From the NCBI GenBank assembly GCA_964234715.1, contig OZ174279.1: DNA of 64,000 bases; one strand, 5' to 3'. The translations under genes were made by a program, and so were the position numbers. Positions within the stretch are counted from its first letter, which is position 1, and every line of letters starts with the position of its first letter. Shown in pieces: positions 25,548-36,664 of this stretch. The notes beneath the pieces were generated by a model. It was not told the DNA's origin, did not search any database, and saw nothing but the letters and a program-made list of their open reading frames with translations. Origin of the DNA: Podarcis melisellensis. Lineage: Eukaryota.

Positions 25548-25890
25548 CAGGAGTGACACGGCACGTTTCACTGCTTGAGGTGAAACGAAGTGCCGCCCTG
25601 CCCTGCCACTTCCCCTGTTCCCACCATCAACATACCTGCCCCTGCAGCTTCCACTGCCACTGTGTGCCACATTCTCTGCTGCATCTGAAGCACCACCACC
25701 ATTAGTGCCAACAAGATTGCGCTGATTTGCGCTGATCTCACCCAAAATGGTCATGATCTTACCCAAAATCAGTACTGCTGGCAGTGGCACTTCTCTGCCA
25801 CTGGCGAAGGTGGCAGCGCAGGCAGGGCACTTGTAGGGGTGCTGCCTGAGGCAGCAGCCTCACCCTGCCTGATGGCTGGGCCAGCTCTGG
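25548..25890. mobile_element. GC-rich hAT-like element remnant
   Basis: Ends GCTGCCTGAGGCAGCAGCCTCACCCTGCCTGATGGCTGGGCCAGCTCTG; GC-rich against AT-rich flanks; left end uncertain. Confidence 0.45.
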
Positions 25891-25896
25891 TCCTCC

Positions 25897-26330
25897 TTTA
25901 AAAAAAAATTGTTATTGATTTCTCCATGTATACATCTTCTAACAATATATCTCTAAGAATTTTTCATATTTCCCCCTGGACTTCCCTCATACTCCGTTTT
26001 GTTTTATTTCCATATTGTTCACCCTGCATATTGTTTTCCCCAAATTTCCCCAATACATATAGTCTTATTTTTTGTTGTATACTGTTGTGATTGTTTACTC
26101 AAACCCTGCCAATGAGTCCCTTTCTTTATGTTGCCTCTTCATATATGTTGTAAATGGTTCCCATTCTCTTTTAAAGTCTTTGTTGTCCTTTTCATGTAAT
26201 TTTTCTGTTAATTTTGCCAGTTCTGCATATTCCATAAGTTTCCCTTGCCATTGTTCCTTCGTTGGTATTTCTTCTGTTTTCCAAGTTTGTGCTAATATGA
26301 TTCTTGCCACTGTTGTTGCATACAGCTCTG
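25897..26330 (-). mobile_element. L1-clade LINE 3' fragment (ORF2 C-terminus and 3'UTR)
   Basis: Minus-strand peptide LYATTVARIILAQTWKTEEIPTKEQWQGKLMEYAELAKLT…DFKREWEPF, typical of non-mammalian L1 ORF2 C-termini, then an A-rich UTR. Confidence 0.8.
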
Positions 26331-26504
26331 GTCCCTCTACACCTCTTCCCAAGACCTTGCACACCGATGTGCAAGTTGGACTACAGATCTCTCTGATCTT
26401 AAGAATAGAGAACTACATGTGAAGGCAGCAAGGCTGACTATTAGGGTGCAAGTATGAATGTTAGGTGACTTGCAGGAAGTCACCGTTAGTGCCGATTTCA
26501 GACA

Positions 26505-26900
26505 AGATTGTGCTCCCTCTCTCATAGCACTAGCAGTCGTGGGACTCTATTGAAAATGAATGCTGGAAGTTTCAGGATGCATGAAAGCAGTGATGGAACT
26601 TCGTGCTCTGGCACTGGGGGTGGAGAGCAGGTGGAGGCGTGGCGTGTGTCCTGGGGGCATGGCACACCACCCGCAGGGGTGTGGCACGCGTCCTGGGGGC
26701 GTGGCTGCATCCTGGGGACGTGATGCGCGCCTGCAGGGGGTGAGGAACTCTGATGGCACCCTACTGGGATCGTGGTGCCAGGGGCGGTGTGGTCTCCCCG
26801 CCCCCCTCTTCCTCCACCAGTGCATGAAAGAAATGTTCCTTCATACAGCTCATAGTCAAACTATGTAAATGACTGCCACAGTATACAGTGATGACTGCCA
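26505..26900 (+). mobile_element. CR1 ORF2 3' remnant split by a hAT MITE
   Basis: LSHSTSSRGTLLKMNAGSFRM…(insert)…FLHTAHSQTM resembles the decayed CR1 motif TRGHxxKL…FR…FFTQRVVxLWN. Confidence 0.6.
26588..26822. mobile_element. GC-rich hAT MITE with internal tandem repeats
   Basis: Perfect 8-bp TSD CATGAAAG (26580-26587 and 26823-26830); termini CAGTGATGGA / TCCACCAGTG; repeated GTCCTGGGGGC(A/G)TGGC units. Confidence 0.88.
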
Positions 26901-29900
26901 AAGGAGGGGAGAGTCAAATAGGCAAATGGGAACAATTTGTGGATGTTGTCGTTTCAGGTTATTCCATTCCTAATTGAGAAACAGAATATGAGGTCAGAAT
27001 ATAGGTGATGGGGGGATTTGAAAATGGTCTACATTGAAGTGCTTAGCTGGGAGCCAGTAACCCTTTTAATATTACTTCAGGCCATTTTTCTGACACTACT
27101 TGATAAGCAGAAGTTCAAAGAAAATTGTTGTTAAATAAAAATATGCTATAGATTAAGAGGACCAGTTAATTACGTGTGTGCTGAACTATTTGTCTGTTTT
27201 TGTACGATAGCCATAATTTTAGGAAATAATTAAATACAATGAGGTAAAAGAATTGCATTTAGACTAATAAAGGAAATTGACTATTCGTACTGCAGTAATA
27301 AAGAAAAATAGCACAAGGCATACACATGCCAATATCAATGTGCATTCAACTGCATTCACAAATGTTGGAGATCCTTATTGGTAAAAGCTGCTTTTATTCT
27401 GGAGAGGATGCTGTAACTCTTTGTCTCAGCCTGTTTTTATCCCTAATCCCCAGTCTCTCTGTGTGTGTCTCTTCCCCTGTCATTATTCTTCTGAGTCCAG
27501 ACAGGGAACCTGTTTTTAATTTTAATCTGTCATGTCTGTCTCATAAAACATTCACTGTATCATATGACTGTTGTGCAATGTTCAAGTGAATATCTCATCA
27601 TAGGAAAAGCTTGTAGAGCTGCCTTGAAATAATATACACCAAACCTTAAAACTAAAAGGGCAATAATTTTCTTCAGGTTAGGGTTCCAAATTAATTAGGA
27701 AAACTACCAGAGAGCCTGGTTTGGGAGATATCAGACCTGACTCATTGCTGAATGTCCAATTTTTGTTATTTTAATTTTGCACTGTATGCACAGTACTGAG
27801 CATAAGTGGGTGCTACATTAAGATGGAAATGACTGGGGTGGCACTGGGCAGATTTCATGCTGCCAGTGGCCTCTGGATTGGGCCTCCTCATTGTAAGTGG
27901 CAGTGAAAAGGAGCCTGGTTGAAATGCCTGGCTTGCTCATGAATGTTGTGAATTAGTAAAGAACTTTGAACCTGGCTCGGTAACACATTGGTAGAGCCAA
28001 TTCAACAGTCCTGATGATTTGCTAATTTCCATTTGCTAATTTCACAAATAGCATCTCATCTTAATTTGGCCCTGAGCTGCAGTATTTTGTAAGAGAATTT
28101 GAATTGGATGCTGGCTGAGAATTCTCCTGAGAATTGAGCACAGTGAATTTGGTGGGCATATTTAAAATCTCTGTGTGGCCAATATGACAGTGAGTTGAAA
28201 CACGAAGAGGTGTACTGTATAGCACACAAAACATGTGTGCATCTTTGATCGATTGTTTTCCTTACAGTTGCTAAAGCACTGTGAAACGTTTTAGGCTGGA
28301 GAGTTAAAAGATAGAACATTGAAAAGGGAGCCAAGCCAAATATAAATACCATGTTAACTCTGATTATTCACACACTGATGCTTTTCTTAAAATAAAAGCA
28401 TCTTGTTTCAAGGCTGTCACATGGGCTTGATCAAACTGAAAGAATGTCAGGGTTTGCTGATCATGTCTATGATGTATTTATATTCCAAAGAGTTCCAGAG
28501 CATCAGGTAGCATAAATTGTCATATAATGGACAGGAATATTCCCTATCCTTATGCATTGTGCTCCAGTACAGGCAGCACACTGCAAAGTTCTCTCCTCTC
28601 CTCTAACCTACCTCCCAATAACCAGAATGCAATAAAGTGCAAAGGCAGCGAGAAGGTAAAATGAGTTGGGTAGGGGGAAGAGAAGGGGGGGGGGACACTA
28701 TTAGAAATGTATGACATTCTAGCAGCACAGCAGGAACACTTGCCAAGAAAAGCAATATTTTGAACCTCCCATGCATGTGGTTTATGTGTAAAAAACCAGA
28801 GAAGGAAAAGAAAATAGATTTTAAATACCTCAGTGTTTACGTGAATGATCAAAAGATGGCAAAAGGTTTTGCAAGTAACAAGGTGATTAATGATGGGAAG
28901 CAATGAATGGAGACTTCTAGTATAATTATTGTACTAGCTTTTCATGACCGGCACACTGCCTAACAGAGGGCAGTGGGGAACTTTGTCACTGAAAACATAG
29001 TTGAAAATGTTAACACTAACCAATGGCTAGCTACTCAGTAGTTTGCATTAGTAGTGCCCCATAGATCATTTTTCACACATGTTTCTTTTCTTGTTATGAT
29101 TTCCCATCCAAAGAACAAAACAGTAGAATGTTATTATCCAAGACCTGCTGAACTCTTACACTGCTGGAACTCTGCTCTGTGGGTATTAAAATCTTTATTA
29201 CACAGCTTCTCAGCATGCTCCATATTTTTATGACAGAGTCTGGCATTATTCAGTTAATCTTTCTTTTAGTTCTTTTATCCAAAATACTGAGGGTTGTTTT
29301 TTTTATAGTTTAGATAAGCTTTTGCACAGTGCTGCATTTGTGTTTGTTCCTGTTTTGATCTTTCTAGTCTAAAATATGATAAAAAGAAAATACTTTCCTG
29401 TTATTAGGGGGTTGTTGTTTTGTGTGTGTGTTTGTGGGAGACAGGCATTAATATTCATACTGTTACACACATGGAATATGGAATTAGAACCTGCCCACTT
29501 GAGAAAGCTCAGAGGTTCATCTTGCAACATCTTCTGAGAAAGTGAGCTTACAGTGAGTTACAGGAAGTCACCCTTTGGAGCACTGTCTTAGCACTTTGCA
29601 CATTGTGTAGACACAAACATGTGTTTGCCACTGAGTATACACTTAACTGGAGGCTGCAACCAATTGGCTGTCTGATCAGTATACCTGTATGATGCATGTT
29701 TGATTTCATGTATATTTAAAACATCTTAGATGTGTGAAGCGGCCTTTTCCTGATATTTGTAATTCTTGCACAGGGCTCTCTTTCCTTTCCTTTCCTTGAG
29801 GATGAAAGTCAAAGTGAATTAATGTAGAGTTAAGATCAGTTGAAATCAACAGCTCCCAAGTAGGTGTGGGTATGATAGAGTAAAAAAGGAAATGAATCTT

Positions 29901-30029
29901 TAAAGATTTCTTATGCTAAGGTGTGTATCTTTCCCAGTAACAGCTCTCTGAATAATGTTGCAATATGACCAAGATTAGCTCTGAATTCTCTACTTGTGTT
30001 ATTGTCAATAAAATAGATATTACCTATTC

Positions 30030-30190
30030 TTGTTGGCATCCATCCATCTCAAGGGACAATGCAAGAGTATGCCATCGGGAATAAATTCAAACTGTTGAAG
30101 AGTAACAGTATCTGCTGTAGCTGTAGAGACCAAAATGGGAGAGACATGTTTTATTGCAGCTGGGGCATATGAAGGCGTCCGGTTTCACTG
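30030..30190 (-). mobile_element. RTE-clade LINE 3' end (non-BovB type)
   Basis: Minus strand encodes FICPSCNKTCLSHFGLYSYSRY, a decayed RTE C-terminal zinc finger, followed by …GATGGATGCCAACA. Confidence 0.8.
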
Positions 30191-33054
30191 ATACAGATGT
30201 ACCTATTCTAGGTCTTTTTCAGATTCATGTCGGCCCCTGGCCCTGAACACTGTTAAAAGACATTGTGGTTTCTAAATGTTATTGTACTAGCACTGGGTTG
30301 CTGCTTTGTTTTGAAAAAGCGCGTTCTCCTTCATGGAGAGCACGTGTTGCGGTGGGGGCCGCCAGGACACTCCAAAGTTGGGGGCGGGCTAACTGATCGT
30401 TGGCCACTGATGCGATTGGGGCTTCCCTTGTTGTTGGGAAGAAATTAATGTTGCCATTTATTGATTGACAGCCAGAAATGCTAAAACTCCTTGCACGAGG
30501 CCAGGGCTTCCTCTATCCAATTCCTAGCTGTGTTAAATGTGATTTTGTGCAGCCTTTGAGTATTATGGTGATGAGTAAAAATTAAAACATGCCTATTGCA
30601 AATCAGTGTGCTACATGCTGATCACAATACCAAAGAGACACACAACCACTTTGGACTTTATTGTCTGGTTGATTCAGACAGGAGAAAGGTGAAGTGAAAG
30701 AACAATATCTCAATTAGCAGAAAGTGCAAACATTTGTGATTACCCAGTAAAGAGATGAGAAGTCCATTTTGAGATTGGAGCTAGATAAGAGGAAGCAGTT
30801 CCAAATATAAGGGAAGAAATTGAGGGAAAGCACGGATTTGGAACCAAGAGAGATTAGTTACCCATGTATGATTATGGGTAATCTAATATGGATAATCATG
30901 CTTTATGGGTGTTTCATTACAGCCTAGTTGTTTGGGTAAGTTGTAGAAATCCTGCAGAGAGTTGCCATGCGTGGTTACTGTTATTTCTTCCAGAACAGAA
31001 TTTCTCCCCCACTGTATTTTCTTTTACTGCTTTGGGGCCTGTTTTGAAGACATGTTTGTGGTTCATTCAAGTAGAGCAGAGGTGGGAGTTCTGTAGCTTT
31101 ATGGAGTGTTTCATATATTCTTTCTTTGTCCATATGATACTTATGTATTTATTTATTCATAACCATTCAACCAAATGGGTTTTTGATGGAGAGCAACACA
31201 TCTTGCATTTCAAAATAGAAGCTGTCCTGACGGGGACTTAAAATGCACTTGCAGTCAAGGTTCTGAAACTGTTTCCATTTCAATGAAATGCATGCTTGTT
31301 TCTTTCACAGAGTGAAAGTGTGCAGCTATTCTAGTTAGCCTGAAGGGAGGGTGGGGTGTCTCTGATTCACATGGTATAAGTCCGGATGCTCTCGTTTATT
31401 TTCACAAAGTGTCCTGTCTTAAAGTAAAATATTGTACATATATAATGTTGATTTATAAAAATACTACAACCTATGTTATTCATGTTCAAAATAAGTGGCA
31501 TGTTTTGAAAACAAAGGTAAAATATGAAAACCTACTCCCAAGTAATTCCATGCCAATTTAACCACAACAACGGCTAGCCCAAATAAAATGGTCTTGCATT
31601 GGTTCTGGGTAATTAAATCAAGCTGAACAACCCTTGGAATGCTATTAATTATTCTGAAAATAAGAAGGACGACTGCTTTGGGAAACTGTGCTATTCACAA
31701 GGGTGATTCTAGTGTAATATCAAACCATGATTTGGAAATTGAAAAAAACAGGAGGCTATGGGGCTCCTGAGAGACCAACCCCCTGTTCCCTTATGTGTGT
31801 TGATTCCCTGAATCTGATTGTAGTATGAGGCAAACAGTAGTTGTGTTTACTCTGCAAACCAGCATCAGAAACCAAGGTTTAGAATGTTTGCCTCCAACTT
31901 GGTGGCGAGTCCCTCTGTAGAGTAGTCCGGTCAATATACAGGTTAATGTTTGAAATTTCTCCAGTGCATCAACTCCTTTAGAGGTGGCCCACCCCTTTCC
32001 TAACCAATAGGAATAAGGGATGTTGATGACCCACGATCTCCATTCCATGGGATGATGGATGCCTTGACAAATAGGAGCAAACACTAGCCTGTACATTGAA
32101 GGGAATACATCTATGGAGTCACTATGTATAGGGGCACAACCCCCAAACATTTTGAATTAACACCTACCCTGTAGATTGGGTGTGTGTGTGTCATAAAACC
32201 TGCTCCATCAGATCAAGAAGAATGCGATGGTGATGTGTGTAGGGCACAAATTATCATTGAAACAAACTCCCCCCCAATAATATAAAATTCACATAAAATT
32301 CAAATTTTATATCAAGCTATATAAAATTTATATTAAAAGGCAGGACTTCTGGGGGAAAGGATAAGGGCTACCCGTAACTTTATTGATGACATAAACTAGG
32401 TATTCTTTTTGTACATCACCCTGGAGGAAGACTGATGTAGAAGTATGAATAAATAAAACTTTTACTCTATAAGAAGTACAGTAGGAAGTGGTATATGTCC
32501 TGCCCACCTCCAAGGCATTCTAATTCAGACAGTTTTCTTTTTAATATGAAATCTTTGTCAATATAGAAATCATGTTCCATGTGAAGGATATTTACTAGAT
32601 TATAAAGTAATCTGAAAATCACAAGGATACATTGTTAGAAGTATTTAAAACACTTCCCAGAGATCTGCATGAGTCTAACACGTGCCAACCACGTGCCTAT
32701 GCAAAGCCTGCAAGCAGAATCCTAATGCAAGAGCCCTCTCCCCTTCGGCTGGTATTCAGAAGCTGGCTATAGTTAAAACTAATTATATTAAAAAATCTAA
32801 TATAGCAGACTTGACCCATTCACATTTAATTTTAGTTTTATTAATAGAGAAACATAATTCAAGGCAAGGTTTAAGTTAGTCTATAACTGGCTGGCAAAAA
32901 AAGAGATAAAATTAAAAATATACTCTTAATAAAAATAAAAAAGATGCAGAAGCAGAAAATTACAGCTCTATTCCTGCCACATTTTCTTAAAAACAAAATA
33001 AACCAATATATATGAAGCAAATATAGATTCATTAAATGTAATAATCAGTGTCAT

Positions 33055-33165
33055 CTGGGCCCTAGGGTTAGGACAAGCCGCATCTTTGTGGGATTTCCAT
33101 TGGCACCTGACTGCCCATTGTGGGAAACAGAGTGCTGGACTAGGTAGGACTTTCATACAGCAGCA
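33055..33165 (+). mobile_element. Old CR1-type 3' fragment
   Basis: GGCACCTGACTGCCCATTGTGGGAAACAGAGTGCTGGACTAG; related copies at ~25045-25150(-), ~39635-39725(+), ~57415-57530(-). Confidence 0.55.
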
Positions 33166-35009
33166 TTTGTCTCATGGACTTGTGTTTACGCTAACTTCCA
33201 AATCCCTGCACCATGCAGGAAGGAGATCACAGAATTTCCATTTCATCAGTTTTATTGACACACAGGAATTATGTTTCATATTTGCACTGATTGACAGAAT
33301 AAGCTTTGGAAATTGCATGTTTTTCGTAGTCCTCCCCCCCTCCCCCATTCTGAGCCATTAGTGCTGGGAAATCCACAGGAATCTCCATTTGCTGCACTGT
33401 GCAATCATGTTGCTCTTACTGATGAGCATACATATGGCTCTTATTCCTTCTTATTTATGCTTCTTAGATGTGAAACATAATTCTGTCCTGCCAAGACCTT
33501 AGGTCTGTGCTGAAATGACTAACCAAACAGACACAAAAAGTTTATAAATTCCAAGAAGTGAAAAGCAACCAGCACAAATTTAGGATCGTTTCTTGATTAG
33601 GCAAAGTTGAAGTACTTTTAAATCTCAAAAACATTTTTTTTAATTGATAAAGGAGGGTTCCGCATCTTCCAAGTACAATTTACTTCAAGTAACAGCAAAC
33701 ATCTTGGTTTGTGCTCAATTTAATTTGGCTGGATTGAGCCCATTGATTCTAGTTATATCTCCGAAACAGAAGAGATGGCCAACTTTACTTAACCATGCAG
33801 TTTTTGACAGCTAATGAACTACTGAAAGACTTTCTTGGACATGGTTCCATTGATGTCTCAAAGTTTCCTGTAGTGTTTGATTTAAGATCTAAGTCCTATT
33901 AAGCAAACTAAGGCTGCCAGTCTCCTCCAAACCAGTAATCCCTGCAAATGCAGTAATTTCCATTCCTCTTCAAAACCCCAACTAATAATACTTGCAGGTA
34001 TAGTTAATAATGCAAGAAAAACTCACTCCTTTTTTTTAGTGCAGCAGTTATGAATAATCATGGTCACATTGAAGATCTAACTTGCAGTTCCTAGTCACAT
34101 TTAAAATAGCTGCCATATGGATTGTGGGGGGGAAATGCAGATGGAATTAGTTGTACATGAGTGGCAAGACTGCTGTAGGTGGAAGCTTGCCTGCGTCAAT
34201 CTTTAATCTAATGTTTGACCAGGAGATGACAGAAAAATAAAGCAGCATATTCTGTGTGGGCACTATACTGAGCTTGGTTGGAGCATAAAGCCTTGTTACG
34301 TGTCCACCAGCACAATGTAAATATTTAAAGGTCCCCGTTGGACAGAGAGTTGTTTAAGAGCCTTCTGTTTGTAATCATTCGTTAAAGTAAACGTTTCTTA
34401 TTATACATGGAGCTGTGGTAGGTTTCTGCACTTAAAAGCTTGGCTGAAAAGCTGAAGTCATGTGCTGTTCTTTGAGTACATTATCATCCTCCCATGTAGA
34501 TGAGTCTCTCCTGCTTTCTATATTAGCAAATTCTGTCATACAGGGCCATCCCTATCTAGACTCCAAAAGTCTACCATCTTCTCTGATATGGGCACAAATT
34601 ATTTGTGACTGTTAGGAACCCAGCCTTCTGCCCTTAAATTCTTGAGCAGTTTCCTGAAGCAGAACCCAAACAGAAGCAAGGGAAATGTGAAATAAATGGG
34701 TCAAAAAGCCTAAAGGGAAGTGAAGCTTGGGCTGATTTGGGAAACAGAAAGAAGGAAGAGGCAAAGGAGTGTTTGAGGGTTGAGTGCCCAGGGGAAGGAA
34801 AGGGAGCAAATGAAACTGTAGCTAGAGGTAAGGTGAGCAATGGAAGGGATGGGATGAAGATGCAGAGAGTCTGAAGGATGAGAACTGGACTAAGTGGCAA
34901 CTAAAAAAAGTCAAAGCTAAGCAAGCGTGTTGCCTTCATTTTTTACCGCCATCTTATACTGAGTTAGCACCTTTAAAATGCATTCTCTATAAACACAACA
35001 TTTAAACTA

Positions 35010-35395
35010 CTGGACCATAAAGAAGGCTGATCGCTGAAGAATTGATGCTTTTGAATTATGGTGATGGAGGAGACTCTTGAGAGTCCCATGGACTGCAAGA
35101 AGATCAAACCTATCCATTCTGAAGGAAATCAGCCCTGAGTGCTCACTGGAAGGACATGTCCTGAAGCTGAGGCTCCAATACTTTGGCACCTCATGAGAAG
35201 AGAAGACTCCCTGGAAAAGACCCTGATATTGGGAAAGATGGAGGGCACAAGGAGAAGGGGACGACAGAGGATGAGATGGTTGGACAGTGTTCTCGAAGCT
35301 ACCACTGCGGGAGGCAGTGGAAGACAGGAGTGCCTGGCGTGCTCTGGTCCATGGGGTCATGAAGAGTTGGACACCACTAAATGACTAAACAACAA
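35010..35395 (+). mobile_element. BovB (RTE) LINE 3' fragment
   Basis: WTIKKAD…RIDAFELW…RRLLRVPWTARRSNLSILKEISPECSLEG…HLMRREDSLEKTLILGKMEGTRRRGRQRMRWLD; 3' end GTCCATGGGGTCATGAAGAGTTGGACAC…ACTAAACAACAA. Confidence 0.95.
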
Positions 35396-35399
35396 TACA

Positions 35400-35670
35400 T
35401 TTTTCATGGGGCTACCTTTGAAGACTGTTCATAAACTTCAGATCATTCTGTATTTATTTGATTCCATTTATGAATTACTGCTCATGAAATTAATTGAAAT
35501 GATTTCGCAGTAAAAACATGTGAATTCTGCAGCCAGACTGTTGACTAGGGCTACTTGTAGGGAGCAGCCCCTATATTAAAACAACTTCATTGGCTATCAG
35601 TCTGTTTCAGGGTGCATTTCAAAATGCTAGTTTTGACCTACAAAGTCCTACTTGATTTGGAATTGAGTTA
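35400..35670 (+). mobile_element. L2 ORF2 C-terminal remnant
   Basis: MGLPLKTVHKLQ…NSAARLLTRAT…ILKQLHWLSVCFRVHFKMLVLTYKVL in decayed frames. Confidence 0.75.
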
Positions 35671-36189
35671 TCTTTTTTTTTTTAAAAAAAAAAAAAGCTG
35701 CTCTTCTATGGTCTTCTGACTTGGGTTTTATTATCTTTGTGGGGCTCATCTGTCTTTCTTTCCTGCCAGAATTTGAAGTAGCCTGTTTGGGGGAAATCAG
35801 GTTTGTCTGGGGCACATCTGTTTGGAGAAGGCAGGTTTAATGTGACATGAGAACCAGGCCATTGTATACATCATGAATACAAATAAAATATCTGCCCAGA
35901 AAGCTTTCTTAAATCAAGATTTTGGCGTAACATAAAACTGTATATCAAAGAATGTCAATATTTGAAATAAGTGAGCTAGGAAAAAAATCTTGTTGAACAA
36001 TAACTGCTTCAATAGGCAAATCATTTTCTAATAACTTGAGGCAAGGGAGCTGCAAAATATGAGTTCCTTTCCCTTCAGTTGCAAAATTCCAAACACAACA
36101 ACAGTAACAGTGACTTAGGAAGTGAAATCTCTCTCACATTAAAGCACTAACAATCTTAAAGGCACAGAAGCACAAACCTATATAGCACT

Positions 36190-36426
36190 AGAAGAAGAAG
36201 AAGAGTTTGCATTTGATATCCCGCTTTATCACTACCCGAAGGAGTCTCAAAGCGGCTAACATTCTCCTTTCCCTTCCTCCCCCACAACAAACACTCTGCG
36301 AGGTGAGTGGGGCTGAGAGACTTCAGAAAAGTGTGACTGGCCCAAGGTCACCCAGCAGCTGAATGTGGAGGACCTGGTTCTCCAGATTACGAGTCTACCG
36401 CTCTTAACCACTACACCGCACTGGCA
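36190..36426 (-). mobile_element. Squam3-type SINE
   Basis: Reverse complement of the 19141 element with a small deletion in the B-box region; (GAA)n tail; flanked by GCACTA on both sides. Confidence 0.88.
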
Positions 36427-36495
36427 CTAAAACCAGACAATATTAATGAAATATCTCAAGTGTTCATTCAGAGCTCTAGGACATAATGCATGTAA

Positions 36496-36664
36496 GGGAA
36501 GGGTTGTAGCTCAGTGGTAAAGTGTCTGCCTTCAATCTCCAGGTAGGGTTAAGAGACACTCCCTGCTTGAAATCCTGGACAGCCACTGCCAGTCAGTGTA
36601 GACAGTACTGAGTTAATGGATCAATAGTCTGACTCGGTATAAGGCAGCTTCCTGTATTCCTGTG
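36496..36664 (+). mobile_element. tRNA-derived SINE with CR1-like tail (Squam2-like)
   Basis: GTAGCTCAGTGGTAAAG A-box; body ATCTCCAGGTAGGG…GCCACTGCCAGTCAGTGTAGAC; tail GACTCGGTATAAGGCAGCTTCCTG. Confidence 0.75.

Noticed and set aside
36118-36127. ETS-IRF composite motif GGAAGTGAAA
   Set aside because: Single 10-mer without a supporting motif cluster; plausible by chance.
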